Shown: positions 50,930-63,850 of the stretch, one piece after another
How the letters are laid out: every line of letters begins with the position of its first letter
Position numbering within the stretch: the first letter of the stretch is position 1
NCBI RefSeq assembly: GCF_964355755.1
Contig: NC_092678.1
Coordinates: 4,790,422-4,854,421 of the forward strand
Origin: Antedon mediterranea
Lineage: Eukaryota > Animalia > Echinodermata
Direction: 5' to 3'
Length of the DNA: 64,000 nucleotides
Made by a program: the position numbers and the translations under genes
The notes under the pieces: generated by a model
The model's input: the letters and a program-made list of their open reading frames with translations, nothing else
Databases searched by the model: none
Told to the model about the DNA's origin: nothing

Positions 50930-53900
50930 CTGTTACAAATATAAACAGATTATAATAAATGAGTGAAACAAATTAAACCTTAATCAATATGGCCCATTAT
51001 AAATATGAAATAGGTCCAGATCCTATTAACATGCGTCACATATCAATATCCTTCCTATCAAATTTCAATAAAAGTATGATACAGTAGGCATGTACTGTAC
51101 ACACGCATGAAAGGTAAAAAAAATGTAATGATTGTGTGCAATTGGCTGTGGATACAGTTTCATTTATACATTTTTCACAAATACATTTTCCTAAATATTG
51201 AATATACAGTATTTGACACTTGACCAGTGATTGTCCAGTGATTGTGTGGCGGATCCAGGATTTTGAGTGCTGAGCTGAGCTTAATTTAATTTCCTATCTT
51301 TTAATGGGTGGGGAGGGGGTGGGGTAAGGGCCTCCTGATTTATGCCATCCTATGGCCTGATGCATACGCTTACTGCCTATTATTAATAAGTATACAGTGA
51401 GTATATCTGTATATGAATTAAAAGAAAATTGAGACTTCAAAATATTTTATGTCAAAGACTGAAAATGCAGATTTTTTCACGGATATGACATTTGAATATA
51501 CCTATATTAAAAACCTATATTACACAGTACCTATATTACACAGTACCTATATTACACAGTACCTATATTACACAGTACCTATATTACACAGTACCTATAT
51601 TATCTACTGTATATATACAGTATATGTATTGTCCGTGAATTATCTTGATATCAGTTTCATCTAGCTAAGTCAATTTTTGAGAGTATATTCCTTATGGCCA
51701 GGAATCGATGTGGTTATGTTTTCACGGTGCGCAATCAAACATTACGTGGTCTACGCGCGATTTAATGAAATCACGTTTGTAATCATATCTTCACAAGCAT
51801 GAATCATTTTTAAACAAAATTTGGTATTACGTGCGTAGTGCATATAACGCATGCGTACGCGCGCTTAAAATGTTCAAAATTGTCAGAATTTATTTTCGAT
51901 GAAATTAGAGTACGTTTCAGGCAATTTTAAGCGTTTAAAAAATTACCATGAGTGCGCAGATTTTTGCACGCGCACTGCGCGTCAAACGTTATTGCGCACT
52001 TTTTTTGTCAGATTACTGTTGTATAACCTTTCTTTAATAATATCATATTTTATTCATTTTTCAACGCAAAACAGCGTTATACGAGCACGTCTAAAGTGAC
52101 AGTCTACGCACGTGTAAGTTAACAAAATGGTGAAAATATGCTAAATTTTAAAATTAATGGCATATTAAATTTTAAAAAATTAATTATGACAATCAATTAA
52201 ATTATAACATTTTCTTAGGCCGAAATAATAAACTTAACATTAACTTTCTTCCTTAAGAAGTTCATATATTAAAGTTAAAAGTATATAGTTTGACAGTGCA
52301 TCATTTTTTTTAAATTTTTAAAGATGTCATCATAGTAAAACATTATAATTCATTGCGGTATGTAATAATCTATCTGCACCAAAGTGGTTACTGCATAGTA
52401 AATACACGGAGGAATCTTTCCATAACTTTAGTCAGTTGTGTATGGCTCGATGGTCTGTGCTCGTGTCTATGGTATTCAAGGTACCGAGATCGAGTCTCAC
52501 CTTGGGAAACGAAATAAGATTTTTTTTTTATTATCTGTATTGTTTGTTCAAACTTATTTCTTATTGTATAGATTATACACATGATTTATAATAAAATCTA
52601 GATAAAAAGTAACTTATGTCTTTATTAATATATGTAACAACAAATGTGGGTTATGACATTATACGCAGAGGGATCTTTGATCGGATTGTGATACCAGCTA
52701 TTGTATTCGCATTAGCAAGGTCCTATCATATATTATAAATAATTAAAGGTTCTGAGAAAAACAATAAATCAATATATCTTTAAAAAATCAATTATCTTTA
52801 TTTAAATCAATGCATATAACCTATAATTCGTCATAGTGACGAATTAAATCTAGTTCTAATTGTAATTCTGTGGCATTTTTAGTACATTTTTTTTTTATAT
52901 ATACAGTAGTTCTAGTGGAAACAAAATTGTCAAACTGCATATCCTCTTAATTTATATACCAAAACCTTAAAATAATTTAAAAAAATAAACATTATCATTA
53001 ATAATTTTCACTGAATAAAATGTTGTCACGGACAGCTACATTATGTCACAGATTTTACAAATAAATATTATTATTATTATTTATTAAATGTACTTTTATG
53101 ATTTTTGATGGGTTTTTTTAGAACATTTTCTGAATTTATTAATTTCATAAATCCTGCCTTAAATCTTAATTGCAAGTCCATGACATTTTTAGTACATTCT
53201 GTTTTTGTTGTTTTTTTTTTATAGTTCAACTTAACTTAACTTAATTGTCAAAAAAAAAGAAACTTCTTTTCAGAATCAATACGTGGTGTACCGCAAACTT
53301 TATCAACATTTGATTTCGACATGCAAACCTTCAAACAAAATATTAATTGTTCTTAGAAGCTTTTAAGGTTTTTGATAGAAAAAATAATTCATGTTGGTAT
53401 CATAGTAAACATAAGAAGTTGTACGATGTCATGACCGTTGGCAGCCATTATGCACAGGCATACCAGGTACCCATCATTAACATTTTCAAAAGCAGCTTAC
53501 CGGTATATAGTTATACTTATAGTGCGTTTTCTGTTGTAAATCAAGTATTAAAAGTGATAACTTGAATCCTGAACCTACGATTCCAAAAATTGGATTCCAA
53601 AAATGTTAATCTTAATTTTAGGGATTTTGCCATTGTTTAATTACCAACTAAACTAATTTTAAACATAGGCTTATGAATTCGAGGTTAGCTGGACTTTTTT
53701 GTTGGTTTTTATGTACGGTTTTATAGTTGTTTTTTGGGGTCCAATTGTAATGTCCCTGATGTTTATAAATGTATACTCTGTGACACAGATAATCGCTTAT
53801 ACAATAAAATATCAATAACAAAAAAATTTTTTTTAGGATACTATCTAAATAAATTGTAGAAACAGCACAGAACTTAAATTTACGCTGTCAAAAGTCGCGA

Positions 53901-56304
53901 TCCGTGGCGCGAACATATTCGGCATTTACACAGTCACATTAAAATATTTGTTACACTTATAGATACCTATTTAAATGTAATATAAGCAATAATTCACCAA
54001 AAAATGAAATGTTTTCATAGATTCCTTTGCTAGATATAGCAATTCAAACTTTCTAAAGTGTGATGTTTGTGACAAAAATACTGTGGAATACACTGTACCC
54101 CTTTAATAACTGTTTATATTGCATTAAGTGCGGAATCTGTTTGGGCTTTTACAAATTCATTAAACTTCATGTGGGATCAAATTTGCAGTAAGTAATCAAC
54201 AGTATTTATAATTCAATTATTGGTTACCAGAATTGTTTCCAGAAATAATATCAATGTAAATGAAACTGTATTGATATACTGTACAACAATATTTTAGAAA
54301 CCCCATGAAATAATGGAATAACCCATCACCAATCCAACTATTTAGGAATATTATTTTGTTGTTTTGGCAACATAAAATTATTTCATATTATTTTAACTAT
54401 AAGATTAATAGTGAATTGTAATGGAATATTAATGTAAATAAGAAAAATATAATCATATTTTGGCATCAAACACAGACTTATAACAACTTCGCACGAAATT
54501 CCCCAAAATATGGTTTTCAGTAATCAAATATTTACCCTGAACAAAGCGAAAAATGTTTACATGGTAGAAAGCCACTTTTATTATGAGACTACTATGTTAC
54601 AAGAACTAAGTCGTACGAGGACGCTGTTCAAAGTTATGATTTAATTTTTTAAACCAAAATCATCTGAAAATCGTAAATTTCACACAAGAATTTGTAGTTT
54701 TTTTGCCAGAATAGGGTATATTAAATGTAAATTCATGAGTTCCAATCACTAAACATTATTTTTTGAAAACAACATATAGTCTGAAAGTACAACACCATAA
54801 CTTCAAAATTGTATCAGAACAAATGGGTGTGTAGAAAGCGACGACCTCGAATTGGACGACCCCAACACGAAACCGACGACCCCTATAGCCTAGCCTAGCC
54901 TAGGCCTAAGTGTGGTATAACATCCCGAAGCCAAACATGGCCAAAGTCTAGATCTTTAAACCATACCTTATATGATCGCAAGCAAACAATTGATTAAAAA
55001 AATACAGAAATATCGCCATTTGATACTGAATTCTACTATATTACCATCCATAGATTGCCAATATTAATAAAGTATATGTAGGTAGGCCTAGGCCTAGCCT
55101 AGGTCTAGGCCTACCTGGTATAGGCTAGGCCTAGGCTATACCCTAACTAGGGCTAGGCCTAGGCCCTAGTTCAAAAACCTTTAAAAATTTGATAAATACC
55201 CAAAAAATGAATATTATTATTAACAATCTTTGGTTTTGATTTGAGTAAAATAAAGTAAAAGTGGGCCGAATCGTCCCGAATTAAAAAGAAATCAATACCG
55301 AGTTCACTTGAGCCGCGTTTAAACGAGGAGCTGACTTGACCCGGGGTCGACTTGGGCCAATCCATCGGTTTTAGGGCCGGCTAGTGATTAAACTGTTGTT
55401 TTTACGTGTTAAAACAATTTGATTGAAACAATTAATGAATAATTAGCCTAGGCTGACTTTTTAACTAAAAAATGTAAAAAAACAAAGAAGGTGCGTGTTA
55501 GTACTGTTACTCACAATCGAAGTCTTCGATTCATCTTTTCTTCTTGTTTAAGTTTCTATTTATTTATTTATTTGATTACCTTTAGCTTTTGAATCAACTA
55601 TTAGTATCAGTAGGCCTATCAGAAGAAGACGCGGCGGTTTTGAACACTCATTTATATAGCAACGAAAATTAGTGAACCATAACGCACACGTTATGATGAT
55701 CCAATAAAAAAGATCTAATCGTTGAATCACAATTAAATATCCATCAAAGATTGTAAACATAACACGTGCGGCATACAACAAAAATGTGTGACGTCCGTAA
55801 CGCTCTATGTACAAAAGCGCCCTCGTGGTTGAACAAGTTTCTTGAGTAGTAACTGTGTGTAAGGTGTAGTAGTAAACAAATTGTATGGCAATGCTTTTAT
55901 GATGATACGATTTATTGTTTATAGACAAGATACCACACATTGAATGTATGCAATTTAATTATACTTTTATTACAATGCTGTAAGACAAACACCACCATAG
56001 AATAATTCACAAACACGAAGTTCACAATCACTAAATGACATGTGTGATACCTTAATTAGTTTCCTGCACTTTGTGCAAATAAATGTTCGCTTTGTATGTC
56101 GATGAGCATTGAATGAGTTTTGTGTTCACGGCCCATCTTATCACACTTGAATGATTTAAATATATATTTATAATAATTTATAATATTATGTCAAATTTAC
56201 TACGTCATATAATTACTATAACCATATGTTTTTATTAAAGAATTTAAAGAAAAAAAGTCCGACTAAAGTTATAAAATGCCTTAGTTAAACCAAATACTAT
56301 TGTA
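50467..56304 (-). repeat. Right arm of the inverted segmental duplication
   Basis: Reverse complement of 35042-41254, with arm-specific indels at ~50980-51355, 51610-52853 and ~54400-54600. Confidence 0.95.
51610..52853 (+). mobile_element. Non-autonomous Helitron-like insertion (3' end clear, 5' end lost)
   Basis: Hairpin TAATTCGTCA-tag-TGACGAATTA (52824-52846) followed by CTAG (52850-52853) and T. The empty site in the left arm reads CTTA|TTCT on the minus strand (40373/40372), an A|T target with no TSD. Confidence 0.72.
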
Positions 56305-56772
56305 TAACTCGGCAACATGGGATTAACAAAGGAAGAAGAACGAAAACTCGATACATTTCATCGGAAGCATCTAAGAAAAATATTAGAAATCAGCTATCAA
56401 CATAAAACCAAAAACATAACATTACACTATAATATAATAGGTGTAGGCCTAAGGCAAGACCAATCGCATTGGACATTTTGGAATCGATATGGCGGCTATT
56501 CGGACACGTCCTCAGATTGCAAAAGGAAGTTCCAGCCAATAAAGCAATAAACTATTATTTTGAAAACTGTAAGCAACAAAAGTATAGAGGACGACCATGA
56601 TCCACACTACAGTTAACTCTATCGAACAATCATCACTAGGGTCATAAAAGATATAGAAACGATTCGGAGAATAGCCGAAAGCAGACAGGACTGGAGGAAA
56701 GCAATCCGAGATATAAGCAAAGCAGACGAGGGAAAGTCATCAAATTATCTGGTGCAATAAAGTAAAGTAAGT
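56305..56772 (+). mobile_element. 5'-truncated RTE-like LINE 3' end
   Basis: WGLTKEEERKLDTFHRKHLRKIL...WRLFGHVLRL..EVPANKAINYYFE...YRGRP, ending in a short (AAAGT)n tail. Confidence 0.85.
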
Positions 56773-57276
56773 TATGTTTTTATTTTAGGCCACGAGCGTC
56801 CGTACACAATTCTACGTCTAATTGAGGTTTACTATACTAGGCCTACCTTTATCAAAACTTGTTGAATTGATGATAAATGGAACATTCAATCTCTCTTCCA
56901 GGCGTATTCTCTTCCGTAATAAATAAATAATTTAATAAATACAATATTTGGGCTTTTTAGAAGTTGTAGATGACATCATAGCAACTTCAGTCATCCTTAT
57001 TTGGTACTTACATAAGTGAAACTGTAGGTAATGTGCAAAAACATTCTAGAAACTTGCATTTTAGTTTTACTAAAGCTCAGGATGTGTTACTGTTTGTGTT
57101 GGTACACTGTCAGATAGGCCTACATAAACACATTATACAAAATAAACTGTATTATTATATTTGAAGGTTTGCAGAAATGTTGAAGTTTGCGTATACCGTC
57201 TCACAAAGCATTTTGAACGAAACGTCGAGAAGCTCAACAGTTCTTTTCAGAACTCTATACCGCAAACTTTATATTA

Positions 57277-58678
57277 AGCTTGGTTCCCACTAGAACGTAA
57301 CGCAAGGACGTAAACGCAACGCAAGCGAATTGACCAATCACAAGCGATGGCTTATTCGCTTGCGATTGCTAACCGTCTATAACCAATAGGGTTGGTGAAA
57401 TTCAGTCCAAAATACGCAGAATTTTTTCCAAAATACGTCAAGTTGTGGGCGCTATACTAATCCAAAATACGCGAGTCTTTCCAAAATACGTCGACTTGGG
57501 GGCGCTATTCATTTTCCAAAATACGCGAATTGTCCAAAATACGTCAAGTTGAGGGCGCTAGTCATTTTCCAAAATACGCGATTTGTCCAAAATACGTCAA
57601 TTTGGAACCCCTTGTAATTTTCCAAAATACGTCAACTTGAGAGCGCTATTCATTTTCCAAAATACGCAATTTAAATAACTCCTTTACTTCTTCTAACCAA
57701 TTAATTATTGATATTATTTTAATCACAATATACCATGCTTTTTATTATTATATATTATATGAAATAATTATTATGTTAGATTTCAGATTAGGTAACTTAT
57801 TAGACCATAAGTACTGTACATTAAATTGAAAGCGATGTTGGTCTGTCGAGCTCGGGAAAAATATCGATTTTGTAGATCACCAAATATATAACACATACCT
57901 ATGACTATACTTAAATACTATATACGTACATGCTGGTTTTGTAGCCGGTTTATGCCGCATTTAAACTAGCTACGTCTGGCAACGCAATCGTACATCGTTC
58001 AGACATTATTAACGTATATTATAGGCACTGTCTATTGACTGATGTTGGCATATATTTGTTGTTTTTCAGTAATAAATGATTACATTGAAAAATAATAATT
58101 GGCTACTCTATGACATTTTATTTACAAAAAATTATGCCTTCTAATACTTTCATTTATAACTAAAATGTACTTGTTTGTTTTATTCCAAGAAACTTTTTTT
58201 TAATACATTAAACTGTAATTTTACCTTACACTCTCAATATGATACATTTGGAAAGGCTCTCGTATTTTGGAAAAAAAGTTTGCCGCCCTCAAGTTGACGT
58301 ATTTTGGAAAATTACTAGCGGTCCCAAATTGCAAATTGACGTATTTTGGACAAATCGCGTATTTTGGAAATAAATAGCGCCCTCAATTTGACGTATTTTG
58401 GACCATTCATGTATTTGGGATAATTTATAGCGCCCTCAACTTGACGTATTTTGGACAATTCGCGTATTTTGGAAAATGAATAGCGCCCTCAAGTCGACGT
58501 ATTTTGGAGAGACTCGCGTATTTTGGATTAGTATAGCGCCCTCAACTTGACGTATTTTGGAAAAAATTCTGCGTATTTTGGACTGATGTTCACCAACCCG
58601 ACTCTCTATAACTCGCTTGTCATTGGTTGCTTGCGTTGCGTTTACGTCCTTGCGTTACGTTCTAGTGGGAACCAAGCT
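57277..58678. mobile_element. PIF/Harbinger-type MITE, split by a nested foldback element
   Basis: ~48-bp TIR AGCTTGGTTCCCACTAGAACGTAACGCAAGGACGTAAACGCAACGCAAGC at both ends. TTA TSD at 57274-57276 and 58679-58681. Confidence 0.9.
57389..58599. mobile_element. Foldback element with modular long TIRs
   Basis: Ends are GGGTTGGTGAA..TCAGTCCAAAATACGCAGAATTTTTTCC and its reverse complement. Arms (~57389-57670 and ~58260-58599) are built from many CCAAAATACG subrepeats around an AT-rich core. Confidence 0.85.
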
Positions 58679-59859
58679 TTAACGGTTTGTGTGAATAATA
58701 ATACAGACTTCCTGCTGTTCACTACCAAGTTTTACTTCTTTAGAAAACAGTGACAGCATTTATAACATGTTTGGAGTTTAAGTAGTAACGGTGTTTTTTC
58801 CAGGGTGCAGTTTTATCATTGAACGATTTTGTCAACCATTTGAGCATCTTGCCTTAAAGTTTGGCATAATATTAATACTACCTTTTAGTATTTCTTTAAT
58901 AAAAAGGTTCATCTGGATCTCTGTATAGTATGCAAATAATTTCTTCTTTTGGATAATCCAAAGGGAAGAAAACCGTGAAACTTTTACTCTAGTTTCGCTG
59001 GTTCAACGACGCAGCTTAATCATGAGTGAGTGAGTCTTTGTGTCTTGGAATTGTTACCATGAGATCTCGTATTTGTAGCGCCATCTATGGAACATTCAGG
59101 TATACCCAAATGGGATTGTCGGGGCCTCCTCTTCATTAATATTTTACCTTTTTGATCGGGTTTGGAGTTCCATAGGAAAGACAAGTTTATATATGGTATA
59201 CGAAATTCGGAAAATATCAACTAGCATTTGCTGTAAACATAATGCAGAATAGAAGGAGAAAATGTCGAAAACAGAAACCCCTCAGTCTAGTCTTTTCTGA
59301 TTGTTTGTTCGAGATAGAAAGAAACGGTACAGTTGAAATGGCAGTTATTCATCAGAATCATCATTATTGTCCTTACTATTAGTTTATGTAACGATGTCAT
59401 ATTTTATCTTCTATTCATGTAGGCATATTCTCATTTAAACATGCATACTGTAACATAATCAAGAATCTCAATGTGAATGTTTGTTACGAACAACTGAGCG
59501 AGTCCAATTTGGTCAAAATGTTAGCCTCAGGAGCAAGTCGTTTGTGATTGGTTGTTGTAACCGTGGATTGATTCCGCGTTTTTGATTCGTTGTAGCCATG
59601 AATTCGCGTTTTTGATTGGTTACAAGTATTTTATTTGTCAGACCGTATTTACTTGAATATAAATGTTATATTTTTCATTTAATATCTAGGGAGTATTTAT
59701 TTGATTATACTTGGTACTATATTACACCCAAGAAACGCCTCCCCTAAAAAACACTTTATAAAACCCTATTATACATGAATTATGAAAATCAAGTCAATGA
59801 CAGTATTAATAATCATATCAAGGCAAATTGTTAAATTGACATGAAAGAGGGAAAAAAAT

Positions 59860-60840
59860 GTAACGGGCAGGCTCAGAGAGTACGTACCTCCAAATTGAAC
59901 AGATTGAAATCTATTTGTAAGGAACGAACATATCCAATTCCAAACTGGGCCTTGGATATTGTATTGAGATGACAATTTATTAAGAAGGAGGCGGTCAAAC
60001 GCTTTAGACATATCTAGAAAAATAGCATCAATAATTGGAGACCGTCGTTGATCCAGAATTTGGTTCCAGTGGTAACAACATTAGTAAGCTGGGTAACACA
60101 TGATTTTCATTTAATAAAAGACATCAGTCAAAGCTTAGTTAAGTGGAGATTAAGGGAATTAGAGACAATTTTTTCCATAGATTTACACATTATTGAAGTT
60201 AATGCTATGGGCAAAGGAATTACCAGATTTTAGAACAGGGACGATAACGGAATGCTTCCATTAGGTAACTGCCCCAAACTTATAGAACATTTAAAAAGGA
60301 AGCAGAGAGGGTAGGCAATAATTACAGGAGATATCGCTTGCAGTAACCTGAGAGGATAAGTTATCTCGCCCAGGGGACTTAGTGGCTGAAAAGGAGTTAA
60401 TAACTTTAAACACATCGTGGGGTGTAATATCTATGCGTTCAAGTGGGGGGAAATCAGTTGAACTGAAAGGACAAGGAAGCGCACCAACAGGTAAAGGACC
60501 AGGCTGGTTAAAAACAGAGGTAAAATAGTTGTTAAACCCGTTTGAAATATCAGATGTAAGTTTTCTACCATCACATGTCGTGAATAAGGTAGATTTACTA
60601 GTAGTGGCCCTGTTAGCTTTAACAAAAGCCCAGAATCGTTTTTTGTTATCGTTAGAACAGAATAAATCATTTACATACGTATGACTTCTTAACTAGGTAT
60701 TTGACTTTGTTTCGTATTACTTGATATTTGTCCCATGATTCAGGTAAATTATTTAACCGAGCTCTACGAAAGTTTGTTTTTCTTTTAGATTAATTTTTTA
60801 ATGTCAATGGAGATCCAAGGACTGAAATGCTTACGTGCTT
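59860..60840 (-). mobile_element. CR1/L2-like LINE ORF2 relic (RT region)
   Basis: IDAIFLDMSKAFD..LLNKL..YNIQGPVWNWICSFLTNRFQSVQFGG..S..LPVT, with upstream SPWISIDIKKLI. Many frameshifts. Confidence 0.9.
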
Positions 60841-63800
60841 CAGGCCCGTAGCCAGGATCTGTCAAGGGGGGTTCGGACACTAAGTATTTGGGTCACTGTC
60901 CCAAGCCACCCCCCCCCCCCCCACCCGATGTGGTCTGAGGCGAATTTTGTTAAATGACACCCCTTGATGGCCGGAAATGATACTCTCGCACATAACATTC
61001 ATGATAAATGGCACTTCTAATTGGCCGGAAAAAACACTCTCATGCAGCATGCTACCATTGAACAAAACGATTGTTTGATCATTCAAGATCGGTATTTTGT
61101 TTTGCATTCAAGTTACAAGCCCCCACCCTCCACCCCCCAAAAAGCACAATTTGGGTGAGAAGGCAAATTCAATGCTTATTAAAACCAGGGGTGTTTTCCT
61201 TGTGGCCCGGGCAACAGCCTTAATTTCATACTAAATGTTGTTTCTGTCACTAAATTGAAATTGAGTTCCATTTCATCGTATACCATCCGGACACGGAACT
61301 TGATAGGCTTGGTCATAAAGTAGTTACAGAGTTGGAGGGCATTTTATCATTGTTGAATGTTTTGATATTAGCCTAATTGTTAAAACGACCTTCACAACCA
61401 AAATATTTCTTTGTAATAAAATCTATTTTAAATGGAACGCTACAAAAATAATCCTCTGCTTTATCAGAGCATGCATACCTAATAACCAGACAGGAACGTA
61501 TCTTTATTAAATTTTACTATCAATCTATTTTCATGTCACGCAATCCATTTTTCAACAATATAGTAGTATAATAACATTTTGATTGAATAGTGAGGGGTTA
61601 GTTACAGTTTGACTTTGAATAAACCATTGGTAATTTACTGAAAATCCAAAATGAACTTGTGTTATAATACAAAAAAAAAATTCAATCAAAAAAACGCTCT
61701 ACTACACATGAGAAATAGATGTCGGTCGATAAACTTCTGACGACGACTAAAACAACGACAATCAGCTAAATGTTAGTAATTTTATTTCATCTCTGGCTTG
61801 TTACATTTTTCATGACACATTACCGGACTTCCCCCTCCTCTCGCAATGAACGACAGTATACAGATCATCCCTATCTAGGCTCGTGTATGTAGCATACTAC
61901 GTTATTCACAAATTACCTACGCATATCAGTGTTACTAGAGCCATCACAGATTACCTCTAATGGATCAATCATTCACACATGAATTCAAAAATTCATCGAC
62001 AAACGAAATATAGCCTATATTCATTCCTTTTAAATATTAGGCATATTGCCAAGGCTAATAATCGATTTGTCCATAATTATTGCGTTTTGCCGGGGGTTTT
62101 CCATAATCTAAGGCCAATTTTTAGGCCAAATCATAATTGTGCGTATAGTGTTGTATTTCCGATGCTTGTAGTACTGTACCCTATTTATCTTCATTTCCGT
62201 ACGTTCGTAAATAGGCCGAATTTCCATAGTAATTTATAGACGTTCCAAAATTTGAACCGTGTTATACCGGTAACAGAGCAAAGTTTGCTTCTTTCTGCAA
62301 ATTTCCTATCATTATTTTCTTTGTTTTATTTGGAGTGTGGTTTAAAACAACCCTTTTGTAAAGTTTATAGTGGATAAATAAAAATGAATTTTTGGAAAAT
62401 GTGGTTTTAACATCTGACTTTATTTAGCATTTTTAAATGAATTAAAATTCCAAATTATACAATTTAACCTTTTGCTCAATATATTTATAGCAACAGCTTC
62501 ATATTTTTTGTACAACTTTTTAAAATTATTAATTGATAATTAATTTACATTAATTGAGTACAGTTATTAGAATGTATTACCGTACCAAAAGTACCTTAAT
62601 CGGAGACTTCCCCGTGACGTTTGCATTGAACGAAAAAAAATTTATCATAAATTTAACAATTTGCTTGCTCAAATACTCAGTGTCTACAGCCCTGGAGTCT
62701 TTGGGCAACCCTCTTAAAATAGTCCTGCGACCGCCCCTGATAGCTCTATCTATATTTATTTACAGCAATTTGTTGAGGAAACTAAATATATCAATGTAAA
62801 TAGGTGGTATTGATACAGTTGAGTAGGCCTACGTATCGGCTGGTGGTCTAGACAAAAATAATCGAATGCCATAGGCCTAATGTAAACTACAGTACATGAT
62901 ACCATAGATATTATAGTGTAATATATTAAATTCACTATAATCCTCTATGATGATGATACACTATACTTCATAGCCACACATAAATATTGTAGGTAACCGC
63001 AGCGTTCCATTTTTTGATGTACGTCGGAAGGCTATATACTTTATGCATGCTGACTGCCAGTGATGGAAACAATAGGTACGCGGTTGTCTAGCGGTGTTCT
63101 TTGTACGATTCGTTCGTGCGGCGCCCAAGCTCGCGTCAATATCATGTTAAGCCCGGCGCACACTAGAGCTTTCGGCTGAGCCAACTGGGCACGAGTAACA
63201 CTTGGCTCACTAAAAAATTTGCCGCAAATTGTGATCGCGTTCTATCGGACGCACACTAAACGCCTTCACTACGCGATTTTCTGATTGGATAATTACTTAC
63301 TGCGCTATACAGCACGCGCTGAAATATCATAATAAATCAGAACATGTCATGCGCAGTGGAATTTTTTAGTGAGCAGGAAGCTCAAGTTCGGCGCACACTT
63401 GAGGAAAATGGCACGCGTGCCAAAAAATATTAAACACGATAGATATTTTCCTCAGCGGCATGCGTGGCCGATTCCTCACGAAATCCCCGGCGCACACTTG
63501 AGGCAAGTGTTACTCGTGCCAGTTGGCTCAGCCGGAAGCTCTAGTGTGCGCCGGGCTTTACATCCTGGGACCAAACATTCGTATTATTTTTCAGTTTAAA
63601 ATCGGCAACCAATTCATTTGTTTAACAATAAGGTATGAGTTATTCACGAACGAGTTTACGAATTTTTCAATTTACAATCAACCTTTTGTATTGTGGGGCA
63701 CACGTATTTGGAGGATTTTCAGAGATGAGGGTGTGGTGAGGTATTGGCGATGTCGGGGATAGGGGTTCGCAGTCGGTTAAGGGGGGGGGGGGGGTCGCTG

Positions 63801-63850
63801 TAAAGGGGGGTTCGCCCGAACCATAAAACCCCCCCCTGGCTACGGGCCTG
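60841..63850. mobile_element. Non-autonomous hAT-like element (3010 bp) inserted in the LINE
   Basis: TIR CAGGCCCGTAGCCAGG at 60841 and CCTGGCTACGGGCCTG ending at 63850, with G/C-run subtermini. TGCTT is duplicated at the flanks. Confidence 0.85.
63150..63557. mobile_element. PIF/Harbinger-type MITE (408 bp) nested in the hAT-like element
   Basis: ~60-bp TIR AGCCCGGCGCACACTAGAGCTT.CGGCTGAGCCAACTGG. TTA TSD at 63147-63149 and 63558-63560. Confidence 0.9.

Noticed and set aside
51237-51350. gtggcggatccaggatttt plus G-runs as a hAT MITE or G-quadruplex element
   Set aside because: Only one degraded end is recognisable, with no matching TIR or TSD.
59540-59625. Repeated GATTGG (CCAAT) motifs as a promoter
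   Set aside because: No associated gene start. More likely internal repeats of an unidentified transposon.
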